Origin: a virus
Taxonomy: Duplodnaviria > Caudoviricetes
Strand: one strand, 5' to 3'
Length of the DNA stretch: 24,822 nt
IMG/VR virus record: IMGVR_UViG_3300031963_015219
Location: 1 to 24,822 of that record
Part shown: one piece after another, positions 1 through 9,048 of the stretch
Position numbering within the stretch: position 1 is the first letter of the stretch
Layout of the letters: each line of letters starts with the position of its first letter
Made by a program: the position numbers and the translations under genes
The notes under the pieces: model-generated
Told to the model about the DNA's origin: nothing
The model's input: only the letters and a program-made list of their open reading frames with translations
Database searches by the model: none

Positions 1-1068
1 TTAAGTGTTTTCGTCTGGAAAATCGAATTCGATCTGTTGTTGAGCATTATCAGGGGCATCGACGAGCTTCAGGTGAGCGACTTTCATCAGCCTGGCCCTA
101 CCGCTTGCGTCACGCTCGACCCGCCCCGTGACCTCGACCCGGTGGTTGAGCCACATGGATGCGATCCGGTCGGCAACCTTGGGACCGTAGATGCAGCGGA
201 GGTCGGTGACGGTGTTTCCCTCGATGCCGCGGACTTCGAAGCGCTTGTCGTCCAGGTCGGTTTCCCGGACGATGCCACTTATGGTGATGACCTCTGTGCG
301 CTTGACCGGCGTGGCTAGGATGTGGCGAACGGTTAGGCGGCTCTCTTTGGTGAGGGGACGGACATCGGCGGCTCGGACTCCTCCACCTGCGATGGTGACT
401 CCACTGATACCGTGGGACCTTACAGACGGAGCCAATTCGCGCACCGCGATCAGCGCCGAATCGCGGAGTTTCGGGTCGGTGAGCGCCCGCTTGACCACCT
501 CTTCCACCTCGGCCTCGTCGTCGATTTCGGAGAGAGAGAAGCTAACAGTCTTGATCGCGGAAACCGCGCTTGCCACCGCCTGATAGAGTGGATCGTTCTG
601 ATTCAGCAAGAGTTCGCCGGGACGAGGCAGGGAGAATCCAAAACGGACTGTGCCGTTGTGGACGAGGGAACTGAATCCGAGCTCCATTTCCTCGGGCATG
701 TGGAACGGCTGGTTGCTCTGGGGATCACGGACCCCGGCGACTGCCTTCGTCACTTGCGCCACGTTTTTCCGAATCTTGGTGAAGGTCGATGCCACCACAC
801 CAAGACGAGGATGAGCGGCTTCAGTGGCCGGCCCGCGCAACTCGACCGTGAGGTCGGACTCGTCAAGCATCTTGGCCAGCGGCAGCTCGTTGGCATAGAG
901 TTCGCGGAGCCAGTTGAACTGGTCTGCGGCCATGTCGTTGAAGAAGGTTGGATCGCCGTTGCCGTGGACTTTCACCCAGTCATACGTCGCCGCAACCTGT
1001 TCGAAGAGTTCCCGCGCCTTGCGGTCCACCAACTGTTGCCATGGGAGATTGTCGGAGGGAGGGTTCAT
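1..1068 (-). CDS. Hypothetical protein, 355 aa, with possible C-terminal OB-fold-like beta domain
   Basis: Long ORF coupled to the upstream gene by a 4-nt overlap. Beta-rich C-terminus (ITISGIVRETDLDDKRFEVR...RVEVTGRVERD). Confidence 0.75.
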   Translation of the reverse strand: MNPPSDNLPWQQLVDRKARELFEQVAATYDWVKVHGNGDPTFFNDMAADQFNWLRELYANELPLAKMLDESDLTVELRGPATEAAHPRLGVVASTFTKIRKNVAQVTKAVAGVRDPQSNQPFHMPEEMELGFSSLVHNGTVRFGFSLPRPGELLLNQNDPLYQAVASAVSAIKTVSFSLSEIDDEAEVEEVVKRALTDPKLRDSALIAVRELAPSVRSHGISGVTIAGGGVRAADVRPLTKESRLTVRHILATPVKRTEVITISGIVRETDLDDKRFEVRGIEGNTVTDLRCIYGPKVADRIASMWLNHRVEVTGRVERDASGRARLMKVAHLKLVDAPDNAQQQIEFDFPDENT

Positions 1069-1532
1069 ACGGTTAGACGGACAATCCCTTTCTTGAGAGC
1101 TTCGATTTCATTTCCAAAACGCCAGGCTTCCTCGCCCTTGACCTTCTGAAACCACTGGCGGTGATCGCGTCCGCGCAGGCCGGGAACGACGACATGCAGC
1201 ACGACCTTGTAAACCTCGATGAACTCCTGCTTCACCGGCCCGCTGACAAGCGTGCGGAGGTGGCGTGATTTTTCCCGCTCAAACTCACGGGCCTCGATGA
1301 TGACGTCAATGTCACGGCATCCTTCCCATGTGGTGATGAAGCTGCCGTCGAGGTAAAGTGTGACTCGGTTGTCGGGAATGAACTCACCGAGGCGCTCAAC
1401 GAACTGATCAAAGCGGTCTAACAATCGTGCCCGCTCGCCCGATGAGGCGAACATGCCGCGCACTTCATCCAACGTGCAATCGTGGATGCCTTCGGGCAAC
1501 ACCCCTCCGTCGATAATGGCTGGCATGGGCAT
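1065..1532 (-). CDS. DUF6932-like minimal nucleotidyltransferase (Pol-beta superfamily)
   Basis: N-terminal GVLPEGIHDCTLDEV and the GS...DxD motif LYLDGSFITTWEGCRDIDV. Confidence 0.75.
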   Translation of the reverse strand: MPMPAIIDGGVLPEGIHDCTLDEVRGMFASSGERARLLDRFDQFVERLGEFIPDNRVTLYLDGSFITTWEGCRDIDVIIEAREFEREKSRHLRTLVSGPVKQEFIEVYKVVLHVVVPGLRGRDHRQWFQKVKGEEAWRFGNEIEALKKGIVRLTV

Positions 1533-1541
1533 TCGGTGGGA

Positions 1542-2150
1542 TCAGGGGTGTGGGGTTTTCAGGGGCTTGCCAGCGTTATCCTGATCTAACAATGCGTCTT
1601 CCAGTGCTTCCGTTTCTGGATGGTCGAGTGACGCGAGGAATTTTTCCATCTCGGCAAGATCGCAGGCCCGCAGGTTCTCGATTCCGGCTGTTTCGAATTG
1701 GCGGAAGCGTTCTTTTTCAGCGTCAGCTAGGTCGATAGGGTAGGTGACGATGACCCGTGTGAGCGGTGAGGTGAAAGACACCTTCTGCATGGAACTCAGG
1801 AGCTGGTATTCAAGGTGGCGCTCACGCGGGAATCTGGACCGCGCTTCTATCACCACATCGAGTTTGGGAACTTCGAAATCAAACGGATCGGATTCCTTCC
1901 CCAATCTTCCCCCGTAAGGCTCGATGATCTGGAGGATCTTGGCTTCAAGATCGTGAAACGTCCGACGTGATTCGGCCATTGACCGGTCGCGCTCGATGAG
2001 CGCGGTGACGTAGCCGCTGAAGTTGCCGCCATACAGGTTGTCGGCCCGCTGGCTGGCGTAGTCATACAGTGCCAGGTCCGTGAAATTCACGGATTTGACG
2101 CGGCGTTCGGGGGCTTTTTCCGGCCCTTCGGTGATTGGGGTCTCGTTCAT
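1542..2150 (-). CDS. Putative repressor: N-terminal RHH plus C-terminal restriction-endonuclease-like domain (202 aa)
   Basis: ATG at 2150 (MNETPITE) avoids overlap with the divergent gene. RVKSVNF-helix-GNFSGYVTALIERD fits RHH, and FDF...VVIEAR resembles PD-(D/E)XK. Occupies the CI position. Confidence 0.6.
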   Translation of the reverse strand: MNETPITEGPEKAPERRVKSVNFTDLALYDYASQRADNLYGGNFSGYVTALIERDRSMAESRRTFHDLEAKILQIIEPYGGRLGKESDPFDFEVPKLDVVIEARSRFPRERHLEYQLLSSMQKVSFTSPLTRVIVTYPIDLADAEKERFRQFETAGIENLRACDLAEMEKFLASLDHPETEALEDALLDQDNAGKPLKTPHP

Positions 2151-2292
2151 AACGTGTGAACTGGGTGTGAATGTAGGAGGCCGGCCTAATAGGATCAAGT
2201 AGGAATTTGCGGTCAGGTCATATTTTTCGGTTGTCGCGTATCCCGTGTATGACTTAGAGGTTCTCTCAGACACGAACTGAACCACCCAGCCA

Positions 2293-2511
2293 ATGAAGAC
2301 CAGTCCCAAGAAGCCATCCGCCAAGTCGGCCACCACGCCGAAGTCCAAATCGACCGCAACTCGCGGTATTCCAACGACTTTTTGGATTCAGCCCGAGGAT
2401 TTGACACGCCTCAAGAAGTTTGCAGCCGACCACGAATTGTCGTCCTCGAACGTCATCAACCGGGCACTTCGTCGTTTCCTCAACGATCCAAACCCCTTTT
2501 TTCGCCCTTGA
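2293..2511 (+). CDS. Small ribbon-helix-helix (Arc/CopG-like) regulator in the Cro position
   Basis: PTTFWIQPEDLTRLKKFAADHELSSSNVINRALRRFL fits the beta-helix-helix RHH pattern. Confidence 0.8.
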   Translation: MKTSPKKPSAKSATTPKSKSTATRGIPTTFWIQPEDLTRLKKFAADHELSSSNVINRALRRFLNDPNPFFRP

Positions 2512-2540
2512 GTCATACAAATCATACACACTAATTCACA

Positions 2541-3584
2541 ATGAATCCACAAGCTACCAACCCACCCCGCTCCCTGGCGATTCGCCGGGGCAAAATCACC
2601 CGGCCGCAGAAGGCGGTCGTTTACGGACCCGAAGGCGTCGGCAAATCGACGCTCGCTGGCCGTCTGCCGGACCCCGTCTTCCTCGACACCGAAGGCGGCA
2701 CCCACCATTTGGACGTCGTCCGACTCGACTCCGCCTCGACATGGGAGGAGATCACGGCGGTCATCGGTCAGCTTGCGTCAACGCAACATGAATTCCGGAC
2801 GCTGGTGATCGACACCGCCGACTGGTTGGAAAAGCGCCTGATCGAGCACCTTTGCCGGAAAGCGAACAAGGACAGCATCGAGGATTTCGGCTACGGCAAG
2901 GGCTGGGTCATTCTGGCCGAAGAGTTCGCCCGGTTCCTCAATTCGCTCGATACCCTGCTCGCCCGAGGGATGCATGTCGTGTTCCTGGCGCACGCTACGG
3001 TGCGCAAGTTCGAGGCTCCGGACCAGGCAGGCAGTTACGACCGCTTCGAGCTGAAGCTCAGCAAGCAGGTCGCTCCCCTGCTCAAAGAATGGGCCGACGT
3101 GGTCCTTTTCGGAAACTACGTCACCAAGGTCGCCGAAAAGGACAACGGCAAGATGCGCGGTGTCGGTGGCAAGGAGCGAGTTCTGTTCTCCACCCACGCG
3201 GCGGCCTACGACGCGAAAAACCGCCATGGTCTTCCGGACAAGCTTCCTTTCACCGCTGAGGCGCTGGCCCCGGTGTTCGGCGCGGCGGCGGAGTCGGGGG
3301 GCTCCGTCGCCGCAAAGCCGGAGGTCGCTGCCCCGGCAGCAAAGGCCCCTGCCGAATCCCTCACCGACCGGATCTTCGCCGCGTTCCAGCACAAGGCCGA
3401 CATGGCCAACGTGGTCGATTTCCTAGTCGCCCGCGGCCAGCTCGGCTACACCCAGGAAGGGCCGCTTGAATCCATCGACAACCTGGATCCGGCCTACGCG
3501 GACCGGATGCTGTCGGAGCCTGATCGCTTCATCGCCGCCGTCAACGAGTGGGCCGCCGCCAATCAGAAGGAGGTGGCATCATGA
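2541..3584 (+). CDS. AAA_24 family phage NTP-binding protein (Sak4-like recombinase)
   Basis: YGPEGVGKST Walker A, FLDTEGG, TLVIDT Walker B, FGYGKG, VFLAH, AKNR. Confidence 0.85.
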   Translation: MNPQATNPPRSLAIRRGKITRPQKAVVYGPEGVGKSTLAGRLPDPVFLDTEGGTHHLDVVRLDSASTWEEITAVIGQLASTQHEFRTLVIDTADWLEKRLIEHLCRKANKDSIEDFGYGKGWVILAEEFARFLNSLDTLLARGMHVVFLAHATVRKFEAPDQAGSYDRFELKLSKQVAPLLKEWADVVLFGNYVTKVAEKDNGKMRGVGGKERVLFSTHAAAYDAKNRHGLPDKLPFTAEALAPVFGAAAESGGSVAAKPEVAAPAAKAPAESLTDRIFAAFQHKADMANVVDFLVARGQLGYTQEGPLESIDNLDPAYADRMLSEPDRFIAAVNEWAAANQKEVAS

Positions 3585-4585
3585 GCGCCCTCCGTCCATC
3601 TAACCTGCCGAAGCTCGCGGTGTGCCCGTGCTACGAGAGTAATCCCGTGGCCGGCCCCGCCGCCGAGCGCGGCACGCTTCTCGACACCGCGTTCCGCGCC
3701 GAATTGCTCGGACTCGAAGAACGGTTCACCCTGACGAACAAACTCACCGCTGACGAGATCGCCGCCGTTTCCTGGTCGGTCTCGATGGTGCGGGCGATGT
3801 CGGGCCGCGAGCGGGTGCTTGCCCGTGAGGACGACTGCCGGGTGAAGATCCTCAATCTCACGGGCACGGCGGATGCCATTGTGCCGACGAAGTTCAGCCA
3901 CTTCGATCTGAAGACCGGGGCGCGGCGCAACTACCGCGAGCAGATGGCGGCTTACGCGCTCGGATTGATGGGCGCACACTTTGCCGGCGAGTGGACAGCT
4001 CATCTCTTGTTCTGCGACCAGCGCGAGATCGAGACTCACAAGTTCACCTACGAAGAAGCGCATGCCATCGTCGATCAGGTCGTCAAATCATTCAACGACC
4101 CGGCAAAGCAGCCGAATCCCTGCGAATACTGTTCCTGGTGTGCCAAGGCGGATACCTGTCCGGCGCGGCTGGCGATGGTCGGTGAGACACTGGCTGTCAC
4201 TGAACCCGGCTTCGATTTCGATGCCGTGCTCGCAGACCCGGAAAAGCTCGGTCGCTTTCTAGCAGCCAGCGCGGTGGTCGAGGACTTCCGCGACCGCGCC
4301 AAGAAGATCGCCACCGAGCGCATCAAGACCGGCGGCGAGGTTCCCGGTTGGAAGCTCGTCACACGCAAGGGCAGCGAGTTCGTCGATTGCGAAACCGTGG
4401 GCCACCACATCGCCACGATGGGTTTCGGTCCGGTGCTCGCGGCTTACGGAAATCTATCTGCATCCAAGTTCCGCGACCTGTGGAGCGAGCGGATGCCAAG
4501 CGAGAAGGCATTCCCGGAGGAGGCGGTGAAGCACGCCGCGCCATCGACCTATCTCAAGCAATCCAAAACCAAGCCGAAGCCATGA
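3581..4585 (+). CDS. Cas4-like PD-(D/E)XK exonuclease (DUF2800-like)
   Basis: ATGA overlap and SD AAGGAGGT. Motifs ERGT, GTADAI, DLKTG, QMAAYALG, CEYCSWC...C, VPGWKLV. Confidence 0.8.
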   Translation: MSALRPSNLPKLAVCPCYESNPVAGPAAERGTLLDTAFRAELLGLEERFTLTNKLTADEIAAVSWSVSMVRAMSGRERVLAREDDCRVKILNLTGTADAIVPTKFSHFDLKTGARRNYREQMAAYALGLMGAHFAGEWTAHLLFCDQREIETHKFTYEEAHAIVDQVVKSFNDPAKQPNPCEYCSWCAKADTCPARLAMVGETLAVTEPGFDFDAVLADPEKLGRFLAASAVVEDFRDRAKKIATERIKTGGEVPGWKLVTRKGSEFVDCETVGHHIATMGFGPVLAAYGNLSASKFRDLWSERMPSEKAFPEEAVKHAAPSTYLKQSKTKPKP

Positions 4586-4812
4586 CATCCAACAAAATTC
4601 AAAGACCGATTCTCAGGAAGACGACGGCGCGAGCCTATTACCTGCGGATCGCGGCGGAGTGGATGACGGGCAGGAAGCGGTTTCCATCCGCAGTCCTCGC
4701 CGATGCCGAAAAGGCCGCCTGTGGCGTCCTGGCACGTCACGCCTGCCAGCCGAAAGCCCACGTCAAGCCCCCGCTCTCCGGGCGGAGCGATGAGACATCC
4801 ACCAATTCATAA
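4582..4812 (+). CDS. Hypothetical protein (76 aa)
   Basis: ATGA overlap with the upstream stop; fills the gap in the operon. Confidence 0.5.
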   Translation: MTSNKIQRPILRKTTARAYYLRIAAEWMTGRKRFPSAVLADAEKAACGVLARHACQPKAHVKPPLSGRSDETSTNS

Positions 4813-4859
4813 CCCCATGCCATCCACCAATCTCAAACCAACCAAACCAAACTAACATC

Positions 4860-5273
4860 ATGCCATCCTATACAGCATCCATCCCCAACGAACGCCCTGA
4901 ATTTGTAGAACCGGGCGATCATGAAGTCGAAGTCGTCGATGCGATTGAGACAATCAGCAAGGGCGGCCACGAGATGATCGAGCTGAAGCTCAAGACATCC
5001 GCTGGCAGCTATCTTTACGACTTCCTCGTGTTCATCCCGACTGCGTTCTGGAAGATCGACGCCTTCCGCGCCGCCACCGGCGAGGAGGTCACTCCCGATC
5101 AGGACGTCGAGATCACCGCCGATCACGTCATCGGCCGCACCGGCACCGCCCGACTCACCGTCGAGGAATACAACGGAAAGAAACGCAACAAGGTCGCCGC
5201 CTGGATTGTCGGCACCGCGAAGCCCGCCACTCAACCCCAACCCGCACGCCGTAATGACAACGAGCCATTCTGA
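4860..5273 (+). CDS. DUF669-like phage single-stranded DNA-binding protein
   Basis: VEPGDHEVEVVD...SKGGHEMIELKL, EEYNGKKRNKV and an SSB-type acidic tail ending NDNEPF. Confidence 0.8.
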   Translation: MPSYTASIPNERPEFVEPGDHEVEVVDAIETISKGGHEMIELKLKTSAGSYLYDFLVFIPTAFWKIDAFRAATGEEVTPDQDVEITADHVIGRTGTARLTVEEYNGKKRNKVAAWIVGTAKPATQPQPARRNDNEPF

Positions 5274-6780
5274 AAAGATGGGCCTTCGCGCCTATCAGAT
5301 GAAAGCCCGGCAGGACATCCACAAGGGCTTTGAGGAATTCGACCGCCAGCTCGGCGTGCTGCCGACGGGCGCTGGAAAGACGATCCTGTTCAGCCGACTG
5401 GCACAGGATTACCAACCCCAGCGCACGTTGATCCTCGCCCACCGCGAGGAACTCATCACCCAGGCAGTGGACAAGCTCCGCGCATCCACTGGCATCGAAG
5501 CTCAGGTGGAAATGGGCGAAGAGCGAGCGTCCCTTGATGCTCCGGTCGTAGTGGCTTCCGTGCAAACGCTCATGCGTGAAAAGCGCCGTGAGCGGTGGCC
5601 GCGGGATCACTTCGGCCTGGTGGTCGTCGATGAAGCGCACCACGCCTTGGCCGACAGCTATCTCAACACGCTCGGGCATTTCCATGACCACGCGAAGGTG
5701 CTGGGTGTGAGCGCGACGCCTGACCGTGGCGACAAGAAGAACCTCGGACGCTATTTCGAGAACATCGCCTGCGAGGTGACCTTGCTGGATCTGGTCAACC
5801 AGGGATGGCTCTCGCCGATCAAGGTGAAGACCGTTCCGTTAGGGATGGACCTGCGCGGCGTGCGCACCACGGCAGGTGATTTCAGCGCCGACGATCTCGG
5901 GCATGCGCTCGAACCGTATCTCGAACAGATCGCGGATGTGATGGTGGAAAATCGTCACCGCAAGACGCTCGTGTTCCTGCCCTTGATCGCCGTGTCGAAA
6001 CGCTTTGCCGAAATCTGCCGCGACCGTGGTTTGTTGGCTGAACATGTCGATGGCCAGACGACCGAGCGGCAGGCGACGCTTGAGCGGTTCCGCCGCGATG
6101 AGACACGCATCCTCTGCAATGCGATGTTGCTCACCGAAGGATATGACGAACCGTCGATTGATTGCGTCGTGTGCCTGCGACCCACCAAGGTGCGTGCGCT
6201 CTACTCGCAGATCATCGGACGCGGCACCCGGATCTGGCCAGGCAAGGATCACTTGCTCGTGCTCGATTTCCTTTGGCAGGCGGGAGAGCACAGTCTGATG
6301 CGGCCGGCGAACCTGATCGCCGAAGACGAAGCGGACGCGAAGGCACTCACCGACAAACTCGGTGCCGAGGGCGACCTAGAAGAAGCACGCGAGGAAGTGA
6401 ATGCGGATCGCACCCGTTCGCTCACCGAACGGCTTCGCGCAAACCGGACACGTCGTGGCAGTGTGCTCGATCCACTGGAGCTTGCCGTCTCCCTCAACGA
6501 AGCCGCCTTGGCTGACTATGTCCCGACCATGCAATGGCAGGCGGACGCGCCCACGGCGAAGCAGATCGATGTGCTGGCCAAGTTCGGTCTCGATACCGGG
6601 GGCATTCAAACCAAGGGACACGCATCGCTGATCCTCGACCGCCTCATCACTCGTCGCAAGCTCGGTCTGGCGACGCCGAAACAAGTCCGCGTGATGCGCC
6701 GCTACGGCCACCAACGCCCGGAACTCGCCACCTTTGAGGAAGCCAAGGCGTTTCTCGACACCCAATTCGCGCACCGTTGA
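5254..6780 (+). CDS. Superfamily 2 DEAH-box helicase (start could be 5278)
   Basis: LRAYQ Q-motif, PTGAGKT, DEAHH, SATPDR, LTEGYDEP, QIIGRGTR. Confidence 0.92.
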   Translation: MTTSHSEKMGLRAYQMKARQDIHKGFEEFDRQLGVLPTGAGKTILFSRLAQDYQPQRTLILAHREELITQAVDKLRASTGIEAQVEMGEERASLDAPVVVASVQTLMREKRRERWPRDHFGLVVVDEAHHALADSYLNTLGHFHDHAKVLGVSATPDRGDKKNLGRYFENIACEVTLLDLVNQGWLSPIKVKTVPLGMDLRGVRTTAGDFSADDLGHALEPYLEQIADVMVENRHRKTLVFLPLIAVSKRFAEICRDRGLLAEHVDGQTTERQATLERFRRDETRILCNAMLLTEGYDEPSIDCVVCLRPTKVRALYSQIIGRGTRIWPGKDHLLVLDFLWQAGEHSLMRPANLIAEDEADAKALTDKLGAEGDLEEAREEVNADRTRSLTERLRANRTRRGSVLDPLELAVSLNEAALADYVPTMQWQADAPTAKQIDVLAKFGLDTGGIQTKGHASLILDRLITRRKLGLATPKQVRVMRRYGHQRPELATFEEAKAFLDTQFAHR

Positions 6781-6786
6781 TCCCAC

Positions 6787-8817
6787 ATGGCACGATACCG
6801 ATCACCTGGGCTAACCATGGCCTTGCCGCGTCGCACGCTGGAATACCTCCAGCGCGGCGCGAGCGAGGGCATGCGCAATGCCGAACTCTTTGATGCGACC
6901 TGTCAGTTCCGCGACGCCGGCCACCCGCTGGAAGAAACGGAAGGTCAACTTCTCGCCCGTGCGCTAGCCGACGGGCTCACCGAAGCGGAAGCGCGGACGA
7001 CTATCCGCTCGGTCTATGCCCGCACATCACGGGAACCGCTCGGCACTGGCATGGCACCGACACCGAAAATGTCGTCGCCTACCCCGTCCCGACGTCCGTC
7101 ACCGGCTCCGGTTCACCGCGAGCGATCCACGATGGCGCTGCCGGTTACCATCGACGATGGATTTGTTAGGCTGATCGACTCGTGCTTCCAGCCGGATGAA
7201 TTCGTTGCAATCTCCCCGGCAGCGGAAAACGAGGAAGGCGAAATCGTTCCTCGCCGTGGTGTGACTCTCACCGCAAGTGAGTGGAAATCCAAGGTGGCGA
7301 GCAAGGGCGGTATCGACCGGGTTTTCGGCACCAAGCTCGGGTTGTTCCTTCGCATCAATCCAATGGCGAAGGGCGGGGCGAAGAACGAGGATGTGACCGC
7401 ATTCCGCCATGTGCTGGTCGAGTTCGACCGGGACGAGACCGGCAAGCCGATCCCGAAGGAAGAGCAATACCATGCGGTGATCGCCAGTGGCATGCCGGTC
7501 GCCGCGTTGATCGACTCGGGCAACAAGAGCCTGCACGCATGGATCCGAGTCGATGCGCCGGACGCCAAGGAATACGCCCGCCGCGTCGAAATCATCTGGG
7601 GCTGGTTTTCCGGCATCAACTTGGACAAGCAGAACCGGAATCCGTCACGCCTGTCGCGCTGTCCGGACGGCTGGCGCACGGTCGATGGTGATGTCCGTCG
7701 CCAGGCATTGCTCGCGCTGGAGTTCGGCGCGGAGTCGTGGACGGCATGGGAGGCGGCACACTCGAATTCCGACCTGCCGCCGATCCTTCCCGGTCACGCC
7801 TTCATGGGCCAGCCGGAACCGGAGCCACCGCAGCTCGTCGATGGCATTCTCCATCAGGGCGCGAAGATGGTGTTAGGCGGCCCGTCGAAGGCGCGCAAGA
7901 GCTGGTCGTTGATCGACCTCATGCTCTCGGTTTCCACCGGCTCGCCGTGGTGGGGATTTCCGACGCGCCGAGGCCGTGCCCTGTATCTCAACTTCGAGCT
8001 GCCACCCTTCGCTCTCCAATACCGGATCAACCGAATCGCGGCTGCGAAGGAAATTGAGGATTTCACCGGCTTCGACATCTGGAACCTGCGCGGCCATGCC
8101 ACCGACTTCTCCGCGCTCATCCCCAAGATCCTCGGGCGTATCCGCGACACCGGGTATTCCCTGATCCTGATCGACCCGATTTACAAGGGCCTTGGGGCAC
8201 GGAATGAAAACGACGCCGGCGACATCGCCAGCCTGCTCAATGAAGTCGAGCAACTGGCGGCGAAGTCCGGAGCGGCGGCCGTCTTCGGCGCGCACTTCTC
8301 CAAAGGCAACCAAGCGGGCAAGGAGTCCATCGACCGGATCGGCGGCTCGGGTGTGTTTGCCCGCGATCCCGATGTCATCCTGACCATGACGCCTCACGAA
8401 GAGGATGATGCACACGTCATCGACCTCACGCTGCGTGCCCTGCCGCCCGTGAAGCCATTCGTCGTCCGCTGGTGTGAGTCGATCTTCATCACTGACCGGA
8501 ACGCCAACCCAGAGAAGCTCAAGGCTCCTCAGGGCAATCCCAAGAGCGAGAAGGCGAAGGCCACCTACAAGATGGGCAGCGCGGCCGACCGCTACGCCAG
8601 CGCCGTCGAGACAATGCCTCCGCTCGCCAATGGCAAGGTCCCTCAAGAGTCCGCCGTGCTGGCTTACGTCTCCGACCGGATAGCCGAGGTCGAAGGCGAC
8701 TGCACGCTCAAGGAGGCCCAGCGCGTCTTCTACTGCCTCGCCAACATGAAGAAGGGATCACCCTTCGTCTTCGACAAAGCAACCCGCCTGTGGAGGGGGC
8801 ATCGCCATGGAATTTGA
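6787..8817 (+). CDS. Primase-helicase: PriCT-like domain, AEP/RepB-like primase, AAA_25 (RepA-like) helicase
   Basis: EGMRNAELF...EARTTIRSVY (PriCT-like); VEFD, DSGNKSLHAW, NPSRLSRCP (primase); GGPSKARKS, LYLNFEL, LILIDP, AHFSKG, GSGVF (AAA_25). Confidence 0.85.
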   Translation: MARYRSPGLTMALPRRTLEYLQRGASEGMRNAELFDATCQFRDAGHPLEETEGQLLARALADGLTEAEARTTIRSVYARTSREPLGTGMAPTPKMSSPTPSRRPSPAPVHRERSTMALPVTIDDGFVRLIDSCFQPDEFVAISPAAENEEGEIVPRRGVTLTASEWKSKVASKGGIDRVFGTKLGLFLRINPMAKGGAKNEDVTAFRHVLVEFDRDETGKPIPKEEQYHAVIASGMPVAALIDSGNKSLHAWIRVDAPDAKEYARRVEIIWGWFSGINLDKQNRNPSRLSRCPDGWRTVDGDVRRQALLALEFGAESWTAWEAAHSNSDLPPILPGHAFMGQPEPEPPQLVDGILHQGAKMVLGGPSKARKSWSLIDLMLSVSTGSPWWGFPTRRGRALYLNFELPPFALQYRINRIAAAKEIEDFTGFDIWNLRGHATDFSALIPKILGRIRDTGYSLILIDPIYKGLGARNENDAGDIASLLNEVEQLAAKSGAAAVFGAHFSKGNQAGKESIDRIGGSGVFARDPDVILTMTPHEEDDAHVIDLTLRALPPVKPFVVRWCESIFITDRNANPEKLKAPQGNPKSEKAKATYKMGSAADRYASAVETMPPLANGKVPQESAVLAYVSDRIAEVEGDCTLKEAQRVFYCLANMKKGSPFVFDKATRLWRGHRHGI

Positions 8818-9047
8818 ACCCGTCATTTCAACAGGGTTTGAACCTCGGGTGCAAAATGGCTTGAACCCATTTGAACCCGTCCTAACTAACAGAACAGGCC
8901 GGATTATAGTAAGTCACCTTACTGTAATGCTTATGGTTTACCTAAAGGTAAACAGAGCGCGAATCGGTAAACCGAGATTCGCGCGCTCTGGTTCACCCTT
9001 GAGGGGACCAGCGCCATCAGCTTTAGATCGGCTGAAAGGGGGTTCAA
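8814..9047. other. Putative replication origin: TTGAACC repeats and tandem inverted repeats
   Basis: TTGAACC at 8814, 8838, 8861 and 8871, inverted GGTTCAA at 9041. Stems at 8903-8928, 8936-8953 and 8953-8990. More AT-rich than the flanks and directly after the primase-helicase. Confidence 0.6.
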
Positions 9048-9048
9048 A

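Noticed and set aside
2151-2348. Longer 268-aa version of the repressor ORF
   Set aside because: The extension covers the intergenic control region and overlaps the divergent RHH gene. ATG 2150 is more plausible.
3581-4585. Cas4-like gene as evidence of a CRISPR system
   Set aside because: No repeat-spacer array or other cas genes. The Sak4/SSB context indicates a phage recombination nuclease.
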